Source: the human T2T-CHM13v2.0 reference genome, Homo sapiens. From it: DNA of 64,000 bases. Made by a program: the position numbers and the translations under genes. Shown piece after piece: positions 14,699 to 31,788 of the stretch. A model generated the notes under the pieces. The model did not search any database and was not told where the DNA came from. It saw nothing but the letters and a program-made list of their open reading frames with translations. The stretch is taken from assembly GCF_009914755.1 (NCBI RefSeq), contig NC_060935.1; one strand, 5' to 3'. Numbering within the stretch: position 1 is the first letter of the stretch; every line of letters starts with the position of its first letter.

Positions 14699-15217
14699 TG
14701 TATCCAGTAGTTATTGCTGTGTAACAAACCACCCCAAAACTTTGTGGCTTAAGACAACAGCCATTTTATTTGCTGTGGGTTTTGTGATTTCAGCTGGGCT
14801 CAGCTCTCCTGGGATCGTTCATGCTGTTGCAGTTCCTGGCAGTGTGGCTAAGGCTAGGTCTTCCGAGGTGGCTTTACTCATGCATCTAGCAGTTAGTGCT
14901 GGCTGTCAGCTGGAACACCTTGGTTGGCGTCCACATGGCCTGTTCAGCAGGCTAACTCAGGCCTATTCGCATCCTGGCCTCAGGGCTCCCATTGTAGCCA
15001 GGAGAGCAAGCCCTGATAAGTGGGTGCTTCATAAGCCTCTATCTGTGTCTCATTTGCTCATTTCCTATTGTCCACAGCAAGTCACATGGATTGAAGCCTG
15101 AGTTCAAGGGATGAAGAAATAAACTCCACTGCTTGGTAGGAGAAACAGTAAAGTCACATCGCAAAGTGCACAGAGATGGGAGAAATCATTACAGTGATCT
15201 TTGCAAAGTTTCCCACA
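14699..15217 (-). mobile_element. MLT1H-like solo LTR
   Basis: TATTGCTGTGTAACAAACCACCCCAAAACT...AGCAAGTCACATGG...CTTTGCAAAGTTTCCCACA. Confidence 0.78.
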
Positions 15218-15667
15218 ATCAATAACTGAAATAACTGAAAGGCAGGCTAGAGGTTGGGAAGGGGTGGAGGCTCAGTTAGCCTGAGATGGAGGTGGCAGGG
15301 AGAACCACTGAGCACATGCAGTCGATCCATGGACACGTGTCAGGGGGCTTCACTCCAACTTCTGGCTTACACCACAGGGACATGGATTGTTTCACATAAC
15401 AGGGAGTGCAGAGGCAGGACAAGCAGCTCAGCTGAAATGGCCACTCAGCAAGGTCTTCTGCCACCAGGTTCTTTCCATCCACTCTCTGTCCTTTTTGGCA
15501 AGGGCTTTGTGCCTTAGGCTCTCATAAGATGACTGCAGCAACTACTAGAGTCACATCTAGGCACAGGTGGGGAAAGATCAGAAACCTTTCTCCAAATCCA
15601 GCCCAGCAGTCTTCCTCTTATGGTTCCTTGGCAAGGACTGGGCCAACAGGATGGGACTACCATGGTT

Positions 15668-16135
15668 GGCTACATGGTTTCCCAGGGCTGTGTAACAAAG
15701 TACCATGCACTGGGTGGCTTGAAGAAACAGAATTGTATTTTCTCACACTTCTGGAGGCTGGAAGTCCAAACTTGAGGTGTCAGCAGGGCCATTCCTCCTC
15801 TGAAGGCTGCAGGGGAATCCTCCCTTGCCTCTTCCTAGCTTCTGGTGGTTTGCTGGCAAGTCTTGGCCTTTGTGGCTCATTTATGTATGATTCCAATCCT
15901 CTGTCTTCACATGGCCTTCCCTCTGTGTCTTCACATCAGGTTCCCTGTAGGCATGTCTGTGTCCAAATTTCTCCTTTTCATAAGAATACCAGTCAGATTA
16001 AGTCCCACCCAAATAACCTCATTTCAGCTTGATCTTCTCTGTAAATACCCTATTTCCAAATAAGGTTACATTCTGAAGCACTGGAGGTTAGGATGCTGAC
16101 ATATCTTTTTTAAGGAACACAATTCAACCCATTAT
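15668..16135 (-). mobile_element. MLT1B/C-like solo LTR
   Basis: TAACAAAGTACCA...TTCTGGAGGCTGGAAGTCC...TTCCAAATAAGG...ACACAATTCAACCCAT. Confidence 0.85.
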
Positions 16136-17570
16136 CCTGGCTAAGAAGATGAATCATCCGAGGTGGAATAGATGTTGGGAGCGAACCACGGTGACCCCTA
16201 CAGCCACCGAATGAATCAATGAGTGAGTGAATGAGTGAACATGGTACACAGGGCTTCACACAGAGTCAAGCGATAGCTTTCTGGTGAGACTTGGAGTATA
16301 ATTTTAGCCTTGGAACTCACTGAGGATATTTGGGCACTTGTGCCTTCTGCTTACGACAGATTGTTGATCACAGTTATGATTTATCTCCGGCTGCGTCTTT
16401 GGGCAGGAACGCAACCCCTCGAGGAGAACAAATCCTGCTCCTCTGGGGAATTTTGATGAACCACATTATGACATGGTTTCAAGGAATGTATCGTGGTGGA
16501 AAAGTCCAGCCTGCTTATACAGACACTCAGCAAGTAACTACCAAGCACCCCCTTATACACACAAACCATCATCACCAGGGCAACCGCAGGACAGCAGACG
16601 GCTACCTAGCAACACAGCCTCCCCCTCCAGCACCTTCCATTACCCTAAGGCAGCTCCGTGGGTGGAACAATTCGATTTCACTCGGGGAAGGAGAGGGCAC
16701 CCATGGAGACCCTACTGTCAAAGCTTACTGAGGTTGCCTTGTTTTAGAATCTGCTTAGGTCTACACTGTCTCCAAATGTACTATGCACTTCTTAAGAAGC
16801 GAAACTTAAAATGTGCACCCACCATTGAAAGTCCTGAGTAAATACATAATGCCAGATTAGGGATTGCCACATTTCTGAGTAGGCACTGTGTTCTTTTGAG
16901 GAGGAGGGAACTGGGTGGAGTTGGGGCTTCAGAGTGCCCCTGGGAATGTCTAGAGTTAAAAGTAAAAACCTCCTTATCTTAGACTCTTAGAGATTCATCA
17001 TAGTATATCCTTTAAATTTTGCAGTTCTATCCACAGAGAGCTAGCAGTCACTCAGTTTTTATTGGAATTGTTTTTTCTTTCAAGAACAGGTGTTTTGACT
17101 GACGGACAGGGGAGAGAAGTGGGGCAGAGAAATCCTTCTGCAGCCTGGGAACCTTGAGGAGGGCAGACCTACACTAACATGGGTACTCAGGAGCTGCTGA
17201 GTGGTAGAGAAAAAGGCACAGAAGTGGAAGGAGAAGGACAGTAGAAACCGCTATGATTCTGCCCAGCATAGGGACATGGGAAGCCATCTGTCTTCCCACC
17301 TATAGCAACCTTTGCTGGCTGGAAGAGTGATTTCTTTGTCCAATAGCAGTGCCTTCTCTTCGAGACTCCCTCTGCTAGTTAATGGTGCCACCATCCAGCC
17401 TCCCTCCTCCTTTGTCTCTGTTCTACCTCGAATCCTTCTCTTCCTCCCCATTTCCATGATGATGCTTAATTCAGATCCTGAACTTTCTTCCTGTCCTCCT
17501 CCCTCTGCCTTTTTCATTCTCCACTCTGCCCAGATGGTCTTGCTGAACAGCTCATCCGATCACACCACTC

Positions 17571-18012
17571 ATGCAGGACATCTTTCATTTGCTCCTCTGA
17601 TCCACTCTCTGCCCTTCTCTATCCTGCTTTTTGCCCTGGGAGGCTGACCCATATGGGCCATGACAATGGCCTCCCTTGGCTCTGGCTTCTGTTCGGTTTG
17701 GCCAGTGTTAGGGAACCTGCAGGGGGTCAGATGGTGGGGAGGGTGAGGTTGGGGTATTTATGCCCTAGCTTCCTCACTGCAACCAAAGGCCACAGCTTCT
17801 TCCAAAGTGACCTTCACATGACTTCAGCAACTGCTCCTTCCGAATCTCTTCCTGCTCGGTAGCCCTGACATCACTTGCTCTGCATAGAGCATTACACCTA
17901 GTAGTGGTACTACACACTGCCCAAACCTTAGTAAATAGTCTCTTCATAAGACTCCTCAAATTACCCTCATCTGAATGTGTCATCTCTTTCTGCTGGGTCC
18001 CTGAGTGATTCA
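17571..18012 (+). mobile_element. ERVL-class solo LTR (LTR41-like)
   Basis: GTAAATAGTCTCTTCATAAGACTCCTCAAATTACC...TTTCTGCTGGGTCCCTGAGTGATTCA terminus. Confidence 0.6.
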
Positions 18013-18068
18013 GCTCTCCTATTCAAAACCCTCAATGGTTCCCACAGGCCTTTAAAATAAAGTCCCAA

Positions 18069-18382
18069 GCTGGGCGCTGTGGCTCACACCTGTAATTCCA
18101 ACACTTTGGGAGACAGAGGCGGGCAGATCACCTGAGGCCAGGAGATCGAGACCAGCCTGGCCAACATGGCAAAACCCCATCTCTACTAAAAATATAAAAA
18201 AATTAGCGAGGCATGGTGGTAGGTGCCTGTAATCCCAGCTACTTGGGAGGCTGAGGCAGAAGAGTCACAAGAACCTGGGAGAGGAGGAAGCTGCAGTGAG
18301 CCAAGATTGCGCCATTGCACTCCAGCCTGGGCAGCAAGAGAAAAACTCCGTCTCAAAAATAAATAAATTAATTAATTAAATA
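18069..18382 (+). mobile_element. AluS (Sq/Sp-like)
   Basis: Full dimer, GGCAGCAAGAGAAAAACTCCGTCTC, AT-rich tail. Confidence 0.92.
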
Positions 18383-18603
18383 AAGTCAAGTCCCCATTGA
18401 TGATTTTGAGATTGAAAGCCCTGCATCATCCAGCCCCGAGTTACCTTTCCAGCTTCATGCTTGCCACTGGCCCTCGCTTACTCCAGAATCTAATCATAGT
18501 GGGTGATTTGCATTTCCTCTCAGACATTTGCACCTCTGCACACACTGTGCCTTACTTCTGAGCTGCCTTTCTCCCCTTATTGGCCTCGGAAAACATGGTT
18601 ATC

Positions 18604-19712
18604 TTTTTTTTTTTTTTAAGTTCTGGGGTACATGTACAGGACTTGCAGGTTTGTTCAATAGGTAAACATGTGCCATGGTGTTTTGCTGCACATATCAACC
18701 CCTCACCTAGGTATTAAGCCCAGCATGCATTAGCTATTTTTCATAATGTTCTCCCTCCCCCATCCCACTCCCCAAAATGTCCCGGTGTGTTTGTTCCCTT
18801 CCCTGTGTTCTCGTGTTCTCGTTGTTCATCTCCCACTTATGAGTGAGAACACGCGGTGTTTGGTTTTCTGTCCCTGTGTTAGTTTGCTGAGAATAATGAC
18901 TTCCAACTCCATCCATGTCCCTGCAAAGGACATGATCTCATTCCTTTTAATGGCTGCATAGTATTCTATGGTATATATGTACCACATTTTCTTTATCCAG
19001 TCTATCATTGATAGGCATTCAGATTGATTCTATGTCTTTGCTATTGTGAATAGTGCTGCAGTGAACATATGTGTACACGTATCTTTGTAACAGAATGACT
19101 TACATTCCTTTGGGTATATACCCAGTAAAGGGATTGCTGGGTCAAATGTTATTTCTGGTTCTAGATCTTTGAGGACTCACCACACCATCTTCCACAAGGT
19201 TTGAACTAATTTACATTCCCACCAACAGTGTAAAAGCCTTCCTATTTCTCCACAGCCTCACCAGTATCTGTTGTTTCTTGACTTTTTAATAACTGCCATT
19301 CTGACTGACATGAGATGGTATTTCAATGAGGTTTTGGTTTGCATTTCTCTAATGATCAGTGATGTTGTGCTTTTTTTTTTAATGTTTGTTGACCGCATGA
19401 ATGTCTTCTTTTGCGAAGTGTCTGTTCATGTCAATACCATTCAGGACATAGGCACGGGCAAAAATTTCATGACCAAATTGCGAAAAGCAATTGCAACAAA
19501 AGCAAAAATTGACAAATGGGATCTAATTAAACTAAAGAGCTTCTGAAAGCAAAAGAAACTACCATCAAGGTGAAAAGGCAACCTACAGAATGGGAGAAAT
19601 ATTTTGCAATCTATCCATCTAAAAAAGGTCTAATATCTAGAATCTACAAGGAAATTAAACAAATTTACAACAAAAAAATAATCCCATTAAAAAGTAGGCA
19701 AAGGACATGAAC
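18604..19712 (-). mobile_element. 5'-truncated L1PA (PA8-PA10-like) with 5' inversion
   Basis: Poly(T) 18604-18617; 3' UTR and ORF2 end on minus strand to 19432; upstream ORF2 segment on + strand 19433-19712 ([13 protein letters not shown]...[13 protein letters not shown]). Confidence 0.93.
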
Positions 19713-20640
19713 GCGTCTATCTTTTAAGGCTCACATAAAAGTGTTAAACGTCTAGGGCAGTTCCTGGTAATTGGCAAATTCTCAGTCACTACATACGTGA
19801 TGAATAAGTAAATAAAGAAATAAATAAATAAAAATTATTCAGTGCCTTGTCCTTTTCTTCAGGTCCCATGTCGTGTATGCCCGGTGTCATGTAAAGGCAT
19901 GTTTATGGATACAGAACTTTATCCTGAATGAAAGTGATTTTGTACTAATGTAAACCCCAGGCACTATACGGTCTTCTGCCCTAAGTTTTGGGGGTGAGTG
20001 GCAAAGGGGAAATGAGGCTTCTAAGCACAAACCAGCACAAAGTTATATAACCTTGATCAAAGCTTGGGAGGGAAAAACGTCATCATCCCCATCAGGCTGT
20101 CTCTGATGATTCCTGGATGAATCACTGTTGGAAAAAATAAGAGTAAATGTTCTCAAGCAGCAGACATGTAATCAGTGGGAAAATTCTTCCCTTTAGGGCT
20201 TTCTCATTCAGTAAATATTCCTTTGCTGTGAGTTTCCCCAAGAGGCGGTGCCGTGGTGAGTTGCGGGGGGGCAGCGGGAGGCAGCCCAAGTCCATTAGCA
20301 AGATTGCACTTGGAGCCAGGGCACGGAGGCATGCTTGGGAGGGGGTCAGAGGGCCTGGAATGTTTTGGGTCTGTCCCCATTCAGGTGGGACCTCTAACAG
20401 AGCAATTCTCCAATCCTCCTTTGCTCTGGGTCTGGTGGCTAAAGAAATAATCTTCTAGAAAGTAAGAAACTCTGATTAGTGGGTCCCTGTGGAAAGGGAG
20501 GCTAAGGAAGAGGATTTAGCTTTTTCTCATTTTACACCTTTCTCTATAAATAACATGCATGAGATCTTTTTTTTTTTTTTTTTTTTTAATGCCAAGGAGT
20601 TTGTCTCATCAGTGGGACTTTGGGCCACTTAGTTTTTACT

Positions 20641-23031
<2,391 letters not shown>

Positions 23032-23437
23032 TTAAAAAACAAACCTAATACATGCTATTAAAAATCAATGCAGCTACTGTACTTCTAGGATTTTCCAAGA
23101 CAGCCATGAGTTCAAATATGCTGTCCGTTTGGTCTCATACACTAAAGAAATGTCCCAGAAGTTTTAACAGCATTTAGAAATGAAACTTCCTCCCCAACTT
23201 GGAAGTACTGCCAAATCTTAAATCAGACCTCAGGTTCCAATTTCTAGTATAGAAAATGTATTCAAAATTTTTCTTTAATAAGAACATTCCTTTTTTTTCC
23301 TCTCTGGGAGTCCTCTCCAAATGCTCAGAATAATAATAGATTAACATTTTTAGGAATCTGAGGATGTGAACATGCCTTTATAGAGTTGTGTGTGTCTGCC
23401 AACCCCTAAGCTTAAAAGAGTGGTTCCCCAGGTACTA

Positions 23438-23456
23438 GGACCACCAGGGGGCACCC
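23438..23456 (+). promoter_or_regulatory. Candidate CTCF site
   Basis: GGACCACCAGGGGGCACCC versus core consensus TGGCCACCAGGGGGCGCTA. Confidence 0.6.
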
Positions 23457-24134
23457 ACTGTGTCCAGAGATGCAGGGGCACTTTCTGAGTTGTCCCCAGT
23501 TATAGATCCTGCCGATGACAGGACTGCTGCTGTCCATTCCTGTTCCAAGGTCTCATCTTTTCTGTGCATCTTCATCTTACCTTTTCTTGGTGATTGCTGA
23601 CTCTCCTACAGCAGAGACAAGATATTCCAAGAACCCAGTCTGATGACATCGTTTGAGATTCTAGATCAAGCTTCTCTTAAAGGCAGGCCTATCATTATAT
23701 TTTGTTACAAGCACATAGATTCTCCTTTTTTGTTAAACTATTTATGTGAGTTTTTGGTCTTAATTGTAAGATTTGTAAGCCCCCATCCTGAGTCATCTCC
23801 TCTGACTTCCTGTCTGATGACTGGGGTCCCACTACCCTTGGACTAACCTTCACATGACAACTGCCCACCATGTCCTTAACCAGATGAGTCTGGAAACCAC
23901 AATGAACTGAACCCGAGGTTGGGAAGTAGTGTGCTTTGCTATGGAGGGCTGCAATAGCAGAGTCTGGAACAATGAGGCAGGGACCGGCAGTGAGAAGAGA
24001 GAGAAACAAAGGTGCATACAGATTAATTTCTCTGGAGAAGTTTTTCCACCTGAAGCATCTCTGCAGGTCCAGTAATTCTGGACCTGTGGTCTCCTTCCCC
24101 AAGTATCTGTTGCAGTTGTCTAAAAAAGAGAGCA

Positions 24135-25095
<961 letters not shown>

Positions 25096-27615
25096 GTAGA
25101 AGTGGGAGACAGCCTTGTTTTAAGAGGAGGTTGGATGACAGTGTCACCCTCCACTTTCTTTTCACTTCCAAATTTACCACTGTGGTCCCAGAAGAGAAGT
25201 CCCTGCTTGGTGCTCATGTCCCCACCCTTCTCCTGGATCCCCCATACCCTGGGGATCAGTCCGGAGACCTCCACTCTCAGAAGCAAACTCATCCTTGACT
25301 GCGCCTGACTCAGCCATCCCTGATTGCATCTTCTGGGCTCTTGTGCTCCCAAGGATGTAATTGAGTGTGCTATGTGGGGAGACAGTCTCATGATTTCCTC
25401 GGATGGAAACCAAGTGGAAATAAAAATAGTTGTGCCAGATTGTTGGTGTGCATCACAGCTCAGGAGTGGCCCTGGGATGCCTGGGCCTGGGCTGGAACCT
25501 GGCATCCATGTTGTATGCCCGATTTCCTCCACCTCCTCCGCTCAGGGTGCTGGTGTGTATGCCACCTCTCTGAGTGAGACAGGAAGATTGCGTTTAGCTC
25601 AAGCACCTTCTCATCAAGACTCTTTCGGAGGGTTCAGAGGGCTTGTTTCTGAAGCACTCAGCAGGCAGCCTGGCATAAAGCAGGTGCTCAGTGACCAGTG
25701 GGTATCAGTTGGTCCCTTGCTGCTTTGAGTTGGGCAACACTGAGGTTGGGACTACAGAGGTCATTGCCCCTTAAGAAGAACCTAGAGCAAGTTATCTCTG
25801 AGGCCCTCGGAAGCTTTGTTCAAGGGACATTAAGTCCCTTTGTTTGGGGCTGGGGAGTACTGAGACTACAGTTTGGGAAAATGTTGGTCTCTGAGATGTA
25901 GGCTGCCTGATGACTAGCTGTGCAAACAAAACCTCGGACTTCCCTCCGCATTTCTTTCCTTTGACCCTTCAGTGTCAGCAAGCTCAGGGTCAGAAACCCT
26001 GCACTCAACTCCTTTGCTAGGGATTTGTGGAGGCTGATAAAAGCCCGCAAGGTGGCCAGGGCTGCTGGGCAATGTTGGCATCCTGCTGATACAAAAACTC
26101 AGCTTGGATCTCCAGCACCTTCTCCTCAGATAAAGCTGGTAATTTCCTGGAGCAACCACACTTGGAGAGAACCAAGCTTGCAGGGAGCTCAGAGCAGCCT
26201 AGGCAGGTCACAGTGGACAGGAGGGATGTGGGACTGGCAGGAGGAAGTCAGGAAGGAGCCTTGATCACTGACTGCAAATAAAAGCTTCATGTGGTGCAAT
26301 GAAATCACCCTATATGGCTTGAGAGGAAATTCTCTGCAAGGAGCTGCATGCAAATAGGTCATCAAGTAATGGCAAAAATATGCAGCCAAATGGAGGTGCC
26401 CCTGCAGTTTCCGTGTCTCCAAGGACTAGATAAACTCCAGGAAGGACTCAGGGCTTGATACCACAAAGGATGGGGAATAAGAGATGCTCCCTCTGCCCCC
26501 ATGAGCCCCCTTAGCCAGCCTCCTGCCTCCTGCTTCCCATCTCTCCAAGGGGATCCACCCTGAGTCTGACCAGCATCCCCGTGTTCCCTGTGGCCGGGAT
26601 CAGGCAGGGACACAGAGATTGCTTGAGACACTTTCTGGTGACTAATGCAGTATACTTGAACAGGAAACAGACTGGAAAGGACTTAGGGGGAGCTATAAAT
26701 AGCCCATGTCCTAAAAAAATGAACTTGGGAAGAAATGGAATTAACAAACTGGGAGGAGAACAAGGAGATCACAGGCTCCAAACAAGACCAAGCTTTCTCT
26801 TGGGAAATGAGCTTTTCTCCCAGATGGAGCTCCATCTGCCCTTGCAGGATCAGCTCCCCCAAGTGTGCCCTGCTCCACCCTGGGGTTGACCAGCCAGCTC
26901 AGCCTGCCTGCCAATATGATGCCTGGAATTGTCTGTGGTTCTGGGGGCCAAGCCTTGTCAGGATCATCACGTAAGGGTGTGTATGTGCGGAAGGGTGGTG
27001 GCTGAGGCTCAGGATTCAAGGACTATGGACCATGGTGGGAAAGTAGAGAATTGGAGCAGTGACAGGTCAGGGACATCCCTTCTGATGTTCCTCAGTTCTC
27101 TTCTGTTCTCTGGGCTTCAGCAATCTGCTGTCTCTTGAACCCAGTGAGGGGAGGGGTGAGTCAGGCAGAAGAATGAGCTCAGGTAGGATGGCACGTCAGC
27201 AGCCTGGAGTCTGACACCGGCCAAGACACTCAGTGGCAGAGTAATGTAGAATAGAACACTCCATTTCACTAAGACTGGTTCCTTTTCTGTAAGATTGAGA
27301 GGTTAGACTAGTTCACTGGATTTGAAATATTTTTATTTTTTAAAGATGCATAACCTTTCTCCAAAGGAAATCACAAGGAAAGAAGAGTACTGCCCTGGTT
27401 AAGGTGGGGACTCAGGGTTTCTCACACTTACACTCAACCATTTCCCTTGTGGTAGCCCTGAGAAACTGCCACAGTGCACCAGGGCGTCGCCCAGCTCTGT
27501 TGAAAGCCACAGGACTGGAGCACTTGGCAAGTTTGGCTGGCCACCCAAACACAGCTCCTCACGGTTTCTTTCTGTCTTTCCTTTCTCCATAGAGGCTGGA
27601 AAGCTAAAACAGTGA

Positions 27616-28372
<757 letters not shown>

Positions 28373-28921
28373 TGTTCTAGTATTTATTGTCGAGTAACAC
28401 ACCACCCCAAAACTTAGTGATTTAAAACAATGTATTATATACTCATTTATTACAATCTCCCAAGGTTCTACGCATTGACTAGTCGCCGTGGGGCAATTCC
28501 CACCTGGGGGCTTTCAGATGATTAGTCAGATGTCGGCTAGGGCTGCAGGTATCCGAAAGGTTCAGCTTGAGTGGGTGCCTGGGATGGCTCACCCAGGTGG
28601 CTGGCACTGGATGCCAGCTCTCATGCTGGACTCAACTGGGCTGTTGACTGCACATGACCTCTGCATGGGCAAGGGCTTTTCACACCGGGGTGCTGGGTTC
28701 CACGAGGCAGGAAGAGGATGCTGCTAGGCCAGGTAAGAGTTGTGGCAGCACTGGCACGGCATCACTTTCTTTCTATTCTATTGGTCAAAACAATCACAGC
28801 ATCGACCCTTGGAAACATAGATGTCACATCTTGATAGGGAAATGGCAAGGTCACATTTCAAAAGAGAAGATAGGATGGGAGATATTGTTGCGGCCATCTT
28901 TGGGAAATACAATCTGCCACA
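28373..28921 (-). mobile_element. MLT1G-like solo LTR, tail-to-tail with the previous LTR
   Basis: CCACCCCAAAACTTAGTGATTTAAAACAA...GGCCATCTTTGGGAAATACAATCTGCCACA. Confidence 0.75.
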
Positions 28922-29586
28922 GTTGCATAGCATTATTGAAGCAATGAGTAACACAGACAGACATTTTTATTTTCCAGGTCTCCATCTTCCTTGCAGCACT
29001 GCTTTCTGTCCAGCCTCCCTGCATACCCACTTCATCACACAGGGAATGGCAAACACTGAGCTGCTGGGGGAAAGGCCTGCAGGGCCCTTCTGAGCTTTGT
29101 CGCCAGCTCTGGGGTCAGCAGGAAAGAATGCAGTGACTGACCAGTGATCACTGCCTCAAGGACCACGAGAAGAGGGGAAAGCCCTGGTATGAATGAGCTT
29201 GTACCCTTCACCTCGCTGCGTCTTGGTTTCCTCTTTTACATTTTTCTAAGGATTCTTCAGTATGGATATGAGGAAATATAATTGTCTAATTTCATTAGAG
29301 AGTGGATCCAGGCAATGCAAGCCGAGTGCTTTGCCAGTACTAGGTGCGGTGGAGGAAAAAATTAGATTATTCACAGGTTCAAATTGAGATTCTCACCTTA
29401 TTACTCACACAGAGAGACTAAAGGTATCAATTTCTGCTCTCCCCAGCCAGGCCTACCCACAGGAGCTAGAGATATTCAACTGCCTTATTTAGCTTCACCC
29501 AGGCCCAGGAGCTGCTGAAATTAGACCTGGCCTGGTAGTGGGAACCCCATCTGGGCAGTGGGAGAGAAAGGGTTAAGATCTGTGAT

Positions 29587-29864
29587 CATCGCATGTTCTT
29601 ACTCATAAGTGGAAGCCAAACAATGGGAACACATGGACACAGGGAGGGGAACAACACACACTGGGGCCTGTGGCAGGGCAGGGGGAAGGAGAGCATCAGG
29701 TCAAATAGCTAATGCATGCTGGGCTTAATACCTAGGTGATGGGTTGATAGGTGTAGCAAACCACCACGGCACATGTTTACCTATGTAGCAAACCTGCACA
29801 TTCTGCACATGTATCCTGGAACTTAAAGTAAAACTAAAAAATGTTTAAAATAATTAAAAAGAAA
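29587..29864 (+). mobile_element. Short L1PA 3' UTR insertion
   Basis: GCATGTTCTTACTCATAAGTGG...CACATGTATCCTGGAACTTAAA; TSD AAGATCTG(T/C)G at 29575 and 29865. Confidence 0.9.
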
Positions 29865-30504
29865 AAGATCTGCGTTTATGACCCAAGGTTCCTGAGAAGG
29901 CTCCCTGCCTTGGGCCTCCACCTCTGTTCTCAGCTCCAGCCTTTCCCCAGCCCAATCTGGGTAACTGAGCTTCTGCCCCAGGTTTTCCAGTGAGCAAGAA
30001 GTCCCCTTAACCCCATTCAGCTGGGATTCTATGGTCTTGCCAACTTCCCCTATCATTTTTCCTTTTAGACCACGCCCTATTCCTGAATCCAAAACCACTT
30101 CCTGCTTCAAAGAGGAAGTTCCTTCAGAAGCCAGATGCTGTTACCCACCTGAAAACAAGTATCTTTGGCAAAAGCCAGAGACTCCTCCTGTCAGAGCCCT
30201 GCCCACCTGCCTGAGAGCCCCTGCCAGGTCAGCAGCCAGTATGTTAACCCCCCTGAGGGCCCTAGGCCCCCGCTACTCCTGTCCCGGCAGGTCTCAGAGC
30301 TGAGCCCAGAGGGTCACGACAGGAAGAAGGCAGATGCCTTCCATACTGACTAGGTTTTTGGCTTGCTTTGCACCAACATCCTGTCTGCCCTGTTTCCTAC
30401 TGAGGGCAAACTGGACTGGTTTTTAATTAAACCCATTCCCCCAGAGAGCTTGGGGGAGAGATAGCCTCATAGAATTCCTTCAGTAGTTATCAGAAGGAGA
30501 CCCC

Positions 30505-30598
30505 GTGGAGGCAGAGGTTGCAGTGAGCAGAGATCGTGCCACTGCACTCCGGCCTAGGCAACAGAGTAAGACTCCGTCTAAAAAAAAAAAGAAAAAAG
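30505..30598 (+). mobile_element. 5'-truncated Alu (3' ~70 nt plus tail)
   Basis: GGAGGCAGAGGTTGCAGTGAGC...poly(A); TSD AGAAGGAG. Confidence 0.88.
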
Positions 30599-30903
30599 AA
30601 GGAGCCAGGGTGGGGGGTGGGAACAGGAGAGAGGGAGGGGGGAAAGTGAAGTCACAAGTCCAGAGTGGTTCCTTCCTGGCTGAGCTAATGCCCTAGCAAT
30701 GCACCTTATGTAATGGGCAACTCACCTGAGCGTCTGAGCCCATAGGAGTGCCAGCCCCTCCCTGTGGTGCCTCCCCTGCAGGGCCCACAGCCACACCCTC
30801 AGTGCACACACTCTCCTTCCTATCCATCCACTGATACCTGGGGATGACCTTTGAACGATGTCCAGCAAATCAAGCAAATTAAAGGCAATCACATCCACTG
30901 TAA

Positions 30904-31252
<349 letters not shown>

Positions 31253-31659
31253 TAGAGATAGTTTCTATATTCTAGAGATGTTTTTATTTTTATTTATGTT
31301 TAACCAAATTAAACTCTTCAGTTCTTCTTTCTGGTGCTTCCTTTGGTCTTTAGCTGAGTCCCTCTCCAAAACTAGAGGCCATAGGGTTGCTGTGGCTTTT
31401 CCATCCCCATCATAAAGGGTAGTGCTCCCTCAGTGATTGGTTTCAGGATTCTCCCCAATACAAATCAGGCCTCCAAGAACCATGTCCCCTTCAGAGAGGA
31501 TTCCTAAGCTTCCTCCTCTTCCTCCTCTTCTTACTGCAAGGGAAATACAAGATCAGTCTGGAATGGGCTTCCAGATTCATACAACCTCCCCCAGGACACA
31601 GATTCCGGGAGAGAGAAGAGGAAGGCAGGTTTGGAGCCTCCACCACCACCAGTTTCCCT

Positions 31660-31788
31660 CACGCCCTCCTCTCTCCCTTCCCCTCTTTCTCAACTTCCTC
31701 CTTTCCCTCTCTTCCTTCTATGATCTGTCCCTGCCCCTCTGTCTCCTCTTCCTTTCCTTCCTTCCTCCCTTTTCTCCTCCCTTCCTTA
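31660..31788. repeat. CT-rich polypyrimidine low-complexity tract
   Basis: About 130 bp almost entirely C/T. Confidence 0.8.
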
